A DNA stretch of 61,646 bases, counting the filler, from Rhabdomonas costata (taxonomy: Eukaryota): the NCBI GenBank assembly GCA_019059605.1. It is 21 parts of 21 records of this genome, joined end to end, with 100 filler letters (N's around TTAATTAATTAA, not from the genome) between each part and the next. Parts side by side here need not be neighbours in the genome. Positions count along the whole stretch, not along the records: positions 38,229 to 41,067 come from JAHMHO010001922.1; positions 41,168 to 44,006 come from JAHMHO010001923.1; positions 44,107 to 46,944 come from JAHMHO010001924.1; positions 47,045 to 49,883 come from JAHMHO010001925.1; positions 49,984 to 52,821 come from JAHMHO010001926.1; 16 more parts are not named here. One strand, 5' to 3'. Positions 39,273 through 50,199 of this stretch are shown here, piece after piece. Below the pieces are notes generated by a model. The model saw nothing but the letters and a program-made list of their open reading frames with translations. It ran no database searches and was not told where the DNA came from. Numbering within the stretch: position 1 is the stretch's first letter; every line of letters begins with the position of its first letter. The position numbers and the translations under genes were made by a program.

Positions 39273-40211
39273 TCATGCCGTCGCTGGGGCAGTCGCAGCC
39301 AAGGGCTTCGCCGCCTTCTTGGGCTTCGAGGCCTGCAAACAAAAAAAACACAAGCAGAATGCAGGAAGAAGAACTACACAAAAAACGCAAAGCAGAACCG
39401 GGATCACAAAAGTGCAAAGCTAAACTATTGGTGGAACAACAGAATCTGATTTGGCACCGCAACCTAAAAACGAGAAAAACCAGCCACCAGTGGGAGCACT
39501 GGATCCGTCAGTGCACCCGACGCATCCCTCAGTGCACCCGACGCATCCCCACAAAAACATCACCTTCTTCGCCTTCTTGGCGGCCTTGGGCTTCTTCGCC
39601 GCCTTCGCCTTCTTCCCAACCTTCTTGGGCTTCTTCGCGGCCTTCTTGGGCTTCTTCGCGGCCTTCTTTGCGTTTTGTTGTGTTTCGCCTTCTTGGCCTT
39701 CTTGGGCTTCTTGGCCTTCTTCGCCTTGGGCTTCTTCACCTTCTTCTCCTGTGCGGAGATCTTGTACGAGCCCTTGACCTGCACCAGCTTCTTGCTGGCC
39801 ACCAGGCGTCGCAGGGCCAGCCGAAGGGTCACCCGCAGGCGGCTCCCCAGCACCTTCCCGTACTTCGTCTCCAGGTACTTCAGGATGCTCTGGCGGCTCA
39901 CCGGGCGGCCCCCCTTGCTGGTCGCCTTGATGGCCTCCTTGATCAGGTCCAGGTACTGCGAAGAAGGTTTCAAGACAAATAGGGCGTTCCCCCGGGAGGG
40001 GGGCAGGGGGGTGAAGAAAGGGAAAGAGAAGGCCCTTTGGCAAGCCTCCCATGGCCAGGCAGGACTGAGCAGCGAAAGGGAAAAGCGATCGGGGCAGAAG
40101 GACAACACATACGCTGGGGTGAGCAGGAGCCTTCTTCGCGGCCTTGGCCTTCTTCGCCTTCTTCACAGGCGAGGCCGGAGCTGGGGCAGCAGGTGCAGCA
40201 GGGGCGGACAT
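39273..40211 (-). CDS. Linker histone H1 with winged-helix globular domain, three exons
   Basis: Exons 40211-40113, 39955-39564 and 39332-39273: Ala/Pro/Lys N-tail, HPSYLDLIKEAI...SRQSILKYLETKY...LRLALRRLVASKKLVQVKGSYKI, then a KKAAKKP C-tail. The frameshift at ~39672-39685 is probably an artefact. Confidence 0.95.
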
Positions 40212-41231
40212 TTTTTTTCTGGCTTTTTTTGGTGTGTTCAAAAACACGGCTGCCATGAAACAGTTACCACAAGTTAGCGACCCCGTAGGTGGGTGGGTTG
40301 GAGCACATTTAACGATGCAACGCGGCGACAAGCAAAGGTAATCAAAAGGGGCTGCGTTATGGGCGTGGTGGCCAGCCTATTGGGCTACACGGGACACGGG
40401 ATGTTGATGTGAATGGCACAAGGCAACGAAAGCGTGAAAGAAATCCGAAAATACTTGGCGATGAGACTTTATGCTTCTGGTCCAACACCCACACCCACAC
40501 ACATTGGGCGTTGGCACATCAGGGGAGATGCCCGATGTGCCAACCTAGATGAATTCCTCTTTTTACCAGGCCTCGAAGAGAGGAGGGCGAGACAAAAGGA
40601 CAGGAGTCTTGGGTCTAGCAGCTTGGCGGGTGAGTTTTGGTACCAGGGAAGGCGACGTTTGGAGTAAGATTTTTTTGGAGCATTCCGGCCCACTCCGCTG
40701 CCAGCATGAACTCCTGGGCCCTACCCTCGGGTATGCTAAGCGGGCCCGCTTATCATCCCATCCCATAAAAAATGAGCCCCAACTAGTTAGTCTAGCTCAG
40801 GTTACGGTACCCGGCCGGCCCGGCTGTTCTAGTCCCAGGGGGCACATGCCACAAGTCACCCCGCGAATAGGGTGAAGATCTGAGCCGAAGTAAGCGGTCC
40901 TTGCCCTTTTTTTCCGGGGTGACCCCTGACGATTGGTGCAGCCCACATAGGAGGATAGACTGGTGCGTGCTGGAAGACCCCCCCAAGAACGACAAAATGA
41001 GGAATTCATCTTTACACACACACAAACCTTTAAGCTTCGGTGGAAAGACAAAGCAGGTTTGAGGCAANNNNNNNNNNNNNNNNNNNNNNNNNNNNNNNNN
41101 NNNNNNNNNNNTTAATTAATTAANNNNNNNNNNNNNNNNNNNNNNNNNNNNNNNNNNNNNNNNNNNNGTTGTGTGTGTGTTTGGGGGTTGGTTGCGTTAA
41201 GCATCTCAGCGGCGCTTGCTGAAAATCCAAC

Positions 41232-41372
41232 CTCCACAAAATCTGTGTCAGGCGGATCCTGCCGGATCGGCTTCTCGTCCAAGGCATAAGCGATTGCCAG
41301 CAAGAGCATAAGGGATAGCAGGGCCAGCCTCCAACTTGATGAAAGACTATTCCTGCAGTTTTCTGTGCTCAT
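41232..41372 (-). CDS. First exon of a signal-peptide protein
   Basis: TTTTCTGTGAG directly precedes ATG. MSTENCRNSLSSSWRLALLSLMLLLAIAYA-LDEKP..., ending at a GTTGG donor. Confidence 0.5.
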
Positions 41373-42792
41373 CTCACAGAAAAATCACCACATTGCAGCT
41401 GCCACAAAATACAACTCATGAGCTATTGCAAGAAAACTACAAAGGAGATCAAGAGTATACAAAAAGACGACCGATACACAACCGATGTGCAATTTGTCTT
41501 CTTATCAGATGCAGCCAAGGCAACGACTATACGCCATTGTGTGAAAATCCAAACGTACCCAGAAGCAAACGAATTCGCAGAGCAGTGCTTGTGCCGGTTG
41601 CCGACTGTTTGCTGCTGCGCGTTCTTCCGTTGCAAAGGCTCCAATTGACGAGTTCACCCGTTCACCACAGCCATCATCTAATCCAAGGTGCACTCACTCA
41701 ACTCCACATCCAATAAGAAGCATTTTGTATTGTAAGGCCCTTTGCAGGAGCTCACCCAGACGAGTAAACAATGCAACCCAGTGACAGCTCTACTCCCAGA
41801 AAACGATGTAAAAACCTCACCAATGCATACTGAATCGAACTGTCATCACACTCTGAACCATGATTTTGCGACACCAGCTCACCAAATCATTTCCATGCTG
41901 GGAGTTGAAAGAAAAGTAAATGGCAGGCACAGTGACCAGTGACATAGAAGCAGTACCAGCACCAAAGCGTATATCAAACCGAAGTCACCCCGACCCCACA
42001 CACGGATCCGCATGAGAGTTCTGGGATATTCTCCTAATGTCTACACAACGGGGACTACAGGAGACTGGGACACAGAAACCAGCCATACACGGTGCTGCTT
42101 TGACGCATGTCGACAGGTTTCACTGGCGGTCGACACTCGATGCTTTTCACCACCGAAGAAACGCCGAGAAAAAGGTGGGAACCGCAAACGTCGCAATACA
42201 GTCTCTGTTTGTGAATAGTTAGGGTAGTGGCAAGCTGGTGTATAAGTAATTGATCAACTGTCGAGCTGCTGAACCTTCCCCTACCTCAGGCCAGGAATGG
42301 AAATCAACAAAGGTGGATTTGTGCAAAAATTGTGTGGCAACAACACCGTCAACGAAGGCTCTGACAGAAAGAGGTTGAATGAGGACAAGCCCATGAAAGA
42401 GAACAGACTGGTTGCGGTGGCGATGCTTGTGAGCGAGAACGGGATAAAACCACAATGTAAAACCACAATTCAAAAGTCACAAAAAATACGAAGACTCCCA
42501 CCGCCTCCGAAAAGACCGCATAACAGAGCCCCACTGTTGAAGTTGCATTCACGTGCGTCCTCGACTGGTCTGGGAAGACCGGACGCAGAGGGAGATCAGC
42601 AACACCCCATAGTTGCAGCAGGATTGTGCAGAGAATGCAGGTTGGTGGTACAAAGCCACGTGAGCGCGACAACAGCCATCGGGATACAACTGAAACTATT
42701 ACAAGAAAGCCGCCCGCGGAAGGAAAAAGGAGAACGATAAAGGAGCCCCTTATCGAGTCAACCCAAGGGAACCAGCGAAGAGATCTCCCTTT

Positions 42793-43938
42793 TCAAAGTA
42801 ATCCATTCCGTGCCAGCACTGCGTGTAAGTCTGAAAAGGTGAATGGCTTGGGCAGGAAGTCGGTCATGCCGAAGGATGTGCATCGGCAGCGGTTCTCCAC
42901 TGAAATGTCCGCGGTTGTAGCGATAATGGGAACGCCGACGTACCCCGGAAGGTCGTGTACTTCAGAGGCTGTGGTGTAACTGCGGCATACCAACCATACC
43001 AGCGAGGGGCATCAAAATTCGGAAACTCAACCACCAGCATTGTTATCTGTGCGACTGTGTGGGTGTCTTCGTATAACAGCAGGAAGGTGAACCGCCCTAT
43101 TCTTATACCACAGGCAGCCTAAAGAGGCCTTACACGGAAGGGGTACATCAAGTGACCCTATGTGCAGCCCACCCAAGGATCACGATGACGGGGGGGGGGT
43201 GAAGATGTATAAGTTGGGTGAACTGGAAAACGTTAAAAAGATCAGAATCAATGCCCTCGGAGTCAACATATCAACGCACCCGCTTTTCACTGGCATGTGG
43301 CAGTCCATAAAAAGCGCACGGTACTGTGTCGCCGCGCACATGACCAGCGCCTTGTCACCGCTATCCGCCTGTTCACACGCAATGCCGAACTTCCGCAGCA
43401 TCGCAGAAAGCAGGTTCAGATTGATTGTGTTGTCGTCCACCGCCAGCACTGCGTATCTTTCGGGTATGACGCCTGTACTCGCAGTGTTCGTGGAGACTGC
43501 AATAGCGAGATGACTCGGAACTAAACTAGAATCTGACGAGACCACCTCTCGATTCAACCGAGATTGTTCGCCTTGGGTTGAGATGACGCGACCCAACTGA
43601 TCATAAAATGGGGGCAAGGGCAAAACAGGAATCCCCAGCAAGCTCTGAGCTGCCGAAAAAGTTGATGGGGCCGCAAGGGCAACCACCCGCTCGGGGGCAA
43701 CCGGGCAGGTGCGAAGGAATTGCTCCAGCGACATCTTCACCTCTGGAAGGCTCGCAATGTTGCGACCCACCACAAGAACAAGTACCGAGGGGCGATGCTC
43801 CGCCACAAACGACTGAAGAGCCTCCTGAACTCCACAACAGAGCAGCACCGCAGTGTGGTGGAAGCACCGCAGAAGCTCCCGTACAGCCCGGCCCCGCCTC
43901 TCCTCCGGGTCCACCACCCGGCCGCCGAACTGCTCAAC
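42793..43938 (-). CDS. C-terminal response-regulator receiver domain, hybrid histidine kinase type (last two exons)
   Basis: Exons 43938-43280 and 42979-42793: VLAVDDNTINLNLL...LFMDCHMPVKSGY...PIIATTAD...GMTDFLPKPF. The acidic pair, phosphoacceptor Asp and KP motif are intact. Confidence 0.92.
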
Positions 43939-44126
43939 CTGAAGTCAACCTGATAACAGGATATAGGTGGAAGAGAAGACTTTCATTGCTCAGCGGGCAA
44001 TGAATANNNNNNNNNNNNNNNNNNNNNNNNNNNNNNNNNNNNNNNNNNNNTTAATTAATTAANNNNNNNNNNNNNNNNNNNNNNNNNNNNNNNNNNNNNN
44101 NNNNNNCGGCATGAGAAACAGCTCAC

Positions 44127-45428
44127 CCTTCCTGTTCAAACAGTCTTCAGGCGATGAAGCGGTGGCAAGATTGCCACCAATGCACCACCCGTTCCCGGTG
44201 ATGGAAAGCTGGCGAACAGCCCTGATGGCGTTCTCCGCAACATCCTTGTATTTAAAGGAGAACCGCTCGAGCTGAAAGCAATTGTGGTTAAATGTCGCCT
44301 CCTCCCTGGGGCAGCACAGCAGCGCCGCCACGTGGTCGAAGGAAGCTAGAGGAGCCTGGTAGTGCTTCAGCGTGGCTTTAATCAACTCCTCCCCGTTTAC
44401 AATATGCTGCAGACGGTCTTGTGTCGGGAAAAACCCAGAATACACGTCCACAGCAACTCCGCTCAGAAAGTCGTCCCAACGCCCCAAGTAAGCTCGCGCC
44501 CAACGCCGGGCAACGATGGCGTACTGGTCGCTGACGTGGAAGTTAGCACGCCCAGGCACCCAAACCGTGTCCGCAGTAAGGTGTTCCAGGGGCGGTGGGG
44601 AGCGCATCCCTGAGAGGAAAAATATGCGATACAGGATAGCTTGCAGAATTGGCCAGAACCCTGCAATCACTTGCTCAGAGCTACACCAGAATTCAATAAG
44701 TCAAGCAGATATTTTAAGGTCCAACCTCCAACCTTTCCACAACCATTGCATCGAGATTTCATGAAAGTTCAAAGAACTTGTTTGGAAACCTGCCAACTTA
44801 AACCGCAAGCTGCGTTGGGCGGAAGACTACAGCTTACGAAAAGTTCTGAAGCATCATGCCAACAAATCATACAGTATAGCTCCGGCCGAGAGAAAATCAC
44901 CCAGTCGTACTGGGAACCGCGCTGCTGTGCCTCATACTGCTCTAGCAGTTTGAAGCACTTGGACTGCATGTAGAACTGATGCATCCCCTTGCCACGCTGC
45001 AGGTTATTAAAGATGGGACCCATGGCAAGGTCCCGGCCGGCATTCTCCGGAAACAGCGCACGGTACTTTTCCCACAGCTCTGGCCGCGAGAGGTTGCGCA
45101 AGAAAGCGCCCCTGAAGCTCTCATCGTCCATCTCCACCTCCCCGTGAGCGACCCGAACACCCCCATGACTTGTGTTGAAGCGAGCATCGCCGAGCAGGCG
45201 GACTGCGGAGGCCATCTGCAAAGCGTTGCTCTGCGGGGTGGAGCGGGGAGGGAACTGGATCGCCAGAAACACGTCCGCATGGTAGGGCTCCACCACACAC
45301 CGGCGCAGGCAGCGAGCTGCCCTTTCAAAGCCCCGGCTGGCTCCAGCCACACACACCGCCACTTGAATGGCACGAGGCTCGGCACAAGGAAGAAGGGCCA
45401 GTGCTGCAACTAGAAGAAACACCTGCAT
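44127..45428 (-). CDS. Secreted putative glycosyltransferase-like protein, first two exons
   Basis: Signal peptide, VAVCVAGASR, YDWVIFSRPELY-W-MRSPPPL (spliced 44873/44609), VWVP...SDQYA and NGEELI. This pattern recalls an uncharacterised family seen in algae and large viruses; the function is inferred. Confidence 0.65.
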
Positions 45429-47044
45429 CACTAATTATGGGGCAAAACGCAATCAAAGTCGAAAAGCTCTGCAATGCCGAAGCAACAAAGAAGCTAAAAG
45501 AGATTTGCATGAAGCTGGGTGGCGATGCACCTGTCCCTTGGGATTCGATGGATTGCGGTAGCTTTCGAGGATTTCCAGGATGTCTTGAGCCGCTTAGCGG
45601 AGTGGAGCGGCGCCAGATCCTAGGTGCTAATGTAAAAACTAGCTATATACCATGGGCTGTATGCTTGACCGAGGGGGGAGGGGCTGTATAATTGACCTTC
45701 GCCTTTTGGGGGAAAACACGCCCAGGCAAGATGAAACAAACCATTTCACAGGTGAGAATTCGAACTCTTGTCCTTTGCATAGAGCTGCTACATTTATAAA
45801 AAGGGCGAAAAAAAAAGGGGGGGGGCTTCTGGAAATTGAATCCAGCATTGCCTTCGTGCCACACGAGGGATAAGCTACGAACCGAAAAGCAGCTCGCTCA
45901 CATCCCACTTCACCCCGCTTGTTAACAGGCGAGTAAAAGAAGTCTGCATGGCGGTCTGGCAGTGAACGAATGATCGGTCAGCCAGCCCTGACCGTGGGTC
46001 TGATGTACAGGCGCGCTGGTTCCCCAAAAAGCACGAGAGAAAAGTGGGAGCAACTCCGGCGGTCCTGCCATGCACTGTGTCCAATGCAATGTGTCCACCG
46101 CCACAACCGCGTACGTTATGTGGCAATCCACCCTTACCACACTGCCTCAACCAGCGAGAGTAGAAAGTGGCGGGGTGCACAGGTCCGGGTCTTCAGTGGA
46201 AGCAATAACTGCACATGACAACAGGGTAACAAGGCGTGATGAGCGGCCGATTTCTCTCCACATTGTCACTGTTCCGCAGCACACACACAGAACCGCCAGA
46301 TCCCTCACAGCACCTAGCGGGATAATCGCAAACGTCGAGTCGCCGAATTGATAAATATAGGGGCGCTGAGTGCGGCGATACAACCCTGGAGCTATTCTGG
46401 TACCTCAAATGCTTGCAGCTTACTCAGTCGCTTATCGCATAGTTTCCCTTGTGTATGGAGTTCATTTCCAAATTATGGAGAACATGCCGTGGGACCAAAG
46501 CGCGCACGACGGCATCCGGGGTATGATTGATTGCTGGTGAGTCCTCTGCGCCCGTTCCGTCCCCACCATTCTAACTTCTGAACAACCATGTTCTACAGAG
46601 AACAACACACGCTGTTCAACGAAGCGTCCAAGAAATATGTCTTGTGAGCGAGTGTGTTGGCAAGCACCCGGATCTGTTCGCGTCGTGTCGTTACCGAATA
46701 GATGTGCAGATAAGGACGTTTTGGAGGATGGGGCAATGTACGCATTTGGTGATAATCCCACTCCCGCACTACTTCCTCACAACTTGTGCCCCTTGCCCCT
46801 GTTGAGTTTGAGACACCGCAACGAGTTTTCACGCAACATAAATTGTTGTGCCAGTAAACGATTATGATCTGCAAGCGGCCAGACCGTCGAGCGACTTGAA
46901 GGGAGAGTCGTAGCTAATGGAGAAAGATCCATCCAACCCCCACANNNNNNNNNNNNNNNNNNNNNNNNNNNNNNNNNNNNNNNNNNNNTTAATTAATTAA
47001 NNNNNNNNNNNNNNNNNNNNNNNNNNNNNNNNNNNNNNNNNNNN

Positions 47045-47186
47045 TGGAGCCATAGGGTACCAGCTCGGAGTCCAGGATGCCAATCCCCCGGGCAATCTCT
47101 GCAATGGGAAGCGGGGCGGTGGACTGCGCGATCTCCAGGTCACTCGGGACGGGCACAGTACACCGGAGCTTACGGGATCCCAGCAT
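47045..47186 (-). CDS. Formate--tetrahydrofolate ligase (FTHFS) domain, N-terminal fragment
   Basis: KLRCTVPVPSDLEIAQSTAPLPIAEIARGIGILDSELVPYG is the conserved start of the eukaryotic FTHFS domain. Truncated by the contig end. Confidence 0.88.
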
Positions 47187-48141
47187 CTTCGTGGCCGCAG
47201 TGCCGCCGAGGAGGAGGGCGCGTGCAGGAGAAGGGCAAGAAGTTGGGGGAAAGGGTGGCAGTGGTGTTGTAGAGGGACCAGAGGATGGTCCAGCAAAAAA
47301 AGCACTCAGTACACAAACAACTGCTGCAAAAAAAGTTCCAGTGTGCATCATCTCCAAATGGCAGTGGGGTTAAGCTTATGTCCTTGAGTGCTACATCAGC
47401 GGAATTCCGAACAACGGGGACATGTATAAGTACAGAGAAGACAACGTTTTCAAGCAATTTAATTCACTTAAGAATTAGATTAGGCACCATAGTAAATCGG
47501 CTCCAGTCTTACTCTGCAAAGAAAAAATGAAATGGATAACCCACCTGCTCACTTGATGGGTTGAGCAAATCGGGGCATAAGAGTCTCAGGCGGGAGGTGA
47601 AGCAGCGCAAACACGTTGGGTAAGACGCAGCCCGAAAAAAAAACAGGACAAGACTCAAATCAGGCCATAGGAGGGCGGGCGAGCCTCTTTTGAAAGCACA
47701 GCGGAGACTGACGCCATTGCCTATAATTGGGGATCTGCACGAAAGCAAAGCTCCTTTGTTCAGGCAGAAGAAATTCCAGCTGATGCTGCATCCGGTGTAG
47801 GTGTAGTAATGGCATTTGCCAGTGCAAAAGGCTGCCTGTCTGACAATAAAATCAAAACTGCCCATCACACCCCAGCCGTAGCCATGGGAACCAAAAACAA
47901 AAATTGTGCAGTCCGAAAAAGGAAGCAAGCGGGATAGTGATCCCACTGGTGGTCCCCCGTTGGGGCCCGTACTTTGTACCCACGTGGTCCTTGTCCGTAA
48001 AAACGAAAACCACAGTACACTGCAAGTTTTGAGCCACAGTCACGACCTAGTTACATCCTTGACCATTTGAACAATTCCTGGAGGCAAAAGAATTGCTCGC
48101 CACTCGACAGCACTGCACCGCACAGACCAACGCACACAGGG

Positions 48142-48839
48142 TCAGAGCAGCATGCCCGCCCCTCCGGCCTCTCTGTCCGAGAAAAGTCTCCTGTGCTGTT
48201 CCAGCTGGGCGCGGAACTTCACGTCCAGCGAGTCCACGTCCCCAACAATCTCATCAATAACCTCAAGAACGGCATCTGCAGGGGTCGTCCCAGAGGCGCA
48301 GTGCACCTGGGGGGAGTGCGAGCCAGCATTCCAGCGTTTTGAGGAGGGGGTTCATGTTTGGAGAACGTGTGATGCTCTGAAACACCTATCGATGTTCAAC
48401 CCCGGATCTTAATAGATTTCTAGGATACTTACCAAGAGCAACGAGTGGCTGCACCACTGCTGTCGTGTGGAGGTGCTCATGACATTTCCTTTAGCTTTAG
48501 CTTTTGCTTTTGCTTTTGCTTTTGCCGCCTCTCTAAGCGGCGCATGATTGACGATTGCTTGCAATTGCGGGTTCCCACCCAAAGAAAGGCTCAGGGTCAA
48601 AGGGCTGCAGGGATGCAGGCCTTGAGATGCACGTTGTGGGTTAGCGGATGGGGCATGTTGTAGCCCACGAACAGGACGTCGTCCCGCTGATGCAGGTACA
48701 TTCTTAAGAGATTGCCCACGGTGTGGTCCTCCTTGCGGAAGATAAATGTCGAGGCGTTGTCCAGCTTCGTGTCGGGCTGCACGGTGACCTTCACGTCATC
48801 CTCGTCGTCCAAGTTCCACGTGGCCTCGGGCTTGTTCAT
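48142..48839 (-). CDS. RPB11: RNA polymerase II subunit RPB11, complete, two exons
   Basis: Exon 48839-48621 MNKPE...DTKLDNASTFIFRKEDHTVGNLLRMYL...FVGYNMPHPL, a GC-AG intron 48620-48307, then exon 48306-48142 VHCASGTTPADAVLEVIDEIVGDVDSLDVKF. Confidence 0.95.
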
Positions 48840-49543
48840 TTTCTCTCCTCCCTTCCTCGCCTCGTGCAAACAACAACAAAAATAAAGCTTCCCTGCTAAT
48901 GGGGGGAAAGGGAATGACTTTCTGAGAAAAACGAGAACGAACATACCATACCACCCCCAGTGACGGCAAGGGCGGGATGTACAGGACACTCGCCATGATA
49001 TAGTTGTCGTTGCGCAAGTTTGAGGAAATAAAATGTACGTGCCGACTTTCCTGCACATCTCGTGCACGTGCACGTAAATTTGAAATTGTCGGTATGGTAT
49101 GGGACGATCGTTTATGGGGATTCAACATCTGTTGCCCGTCAAGGTCAGCCAACTTCAGCGCCGCTTGATTAATCATTTGTTGTACAATAAGCTCCCGTGA
49201 TGTGTTGCGCCGTCACTCACTTGAGCATCATCACAACTGAATCGCAATTGAATCGTTCCCTATGGGCGGTGAAGGAGAAAATGCTCCTCGTAAAGCTCAC
49301 AGCAGGAAAAAATTGAACGGCGAAAACAAGTGGGGCTGAGGTCAGCACTATCCATTCAATTTTTGCGCTGAGCTGTTACCGCCAGTGCTGCTGCTGGTGT
49401 GTTCAAAGTCAGGGTTGCGGTAAAATGGTCCGCAGCTTCGACTCCAAAGCAATGAAACTCCTTCAGGACTCTGCCCGCGAGCATGCATTTGGCTCCCCCG
49501 CAAGGAGCACATCAAAGCGCTACAGCGTGGATTTCGCCCTCCT

Positions 49544-49775
49544 TCAGTCCAGACTCTCGCTCCTCCACAGCTTGCGGAAGTCCATAAACAACCTGCGGTT
49601 GTCGCGGTGAATGGCCAGGCAGAACCCCACAAAAGCTACCAGGCCGACGCCCACGTGAGCCGCCAGAAGAACGACGCTGACAGCGGACTCCGCACCTGAG
49701 GAGAGGCAGAAATTGATGGCAAAAACAGCCTGTTTCTCCCACGCCAGCAGCAAGGGCTATCGAAGCGAATGCCTG
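49544..49775 (-). CDS. Probable terminal exon of a membrane protein
   Basis: Hydrophobic segments (AVSVVLLAAHVGVGLVAFVGFCLAI) followed by HRDNRRLF, after a CTACAG acceptor. No family recognised. Confidence 0.3.
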
Positions 49776-50199
49776 TAGTTACACAACAAAACTTGTGAAG
49801 GTGGTCAAGTTGTCAAGAGAAAAAAAAGAGCTTTGCTCTCGAAAGCAGACAAACAGATGCACAACCGATGCTCCCACCCAACCNNNNNNNNNNNNNNNNN
49901 NNNNNNNNNNNNNNNNNNNNNNNNNNNTTAATTAATTAANNNNNNNNNNNNNNNNNNNNNNNNNNNNNNNNNNNNNNNNNNNNTTTTGTTTGGGTTGGGA
50001 GCTGTCACCAGACGTTGGAACGTTTGCTTTCATATGTTTGCTTTCATATTGACGAGCATACCCGCTTGCTCGGTAGGCAGAAAAATACCCAAAAAAATGG
50101 ACTGAAAACCACGATACCCATGGACCGAAGCTGACCACATTGGACGAGACCTCCTGAAGGGATCCCAGAACAGACAGCCGCAGATACACACAGCCACAC

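Noticed and set aside
39218..40331. Long overlapping ORFs (254, 303 and 200 aa) around H1
   Set aside because: Off-frame and antisense shadows of the repetitive Lys/Ala/Pro codons.
45922..46383. Two same-frame minus-strand ORFs separated by one TGA (possible readthrough or selenocysteine)
   Set aside because: No recognisable protein family or conserved context, and verified genes here use TGA as a normal stop.
48490..48525. AKAKAK-encoding repeat
   Set aside because: A (GCTTTT)n simple repeat inside the RPB11 intron, not coding.
42793..48839. Functional clustering of receiver domain, glycosyltransferase-like gene, FTHFS and RPB11 as a system
   Set aside because: The genes lie on different contigs that are adjacent only through artificial concatenation.
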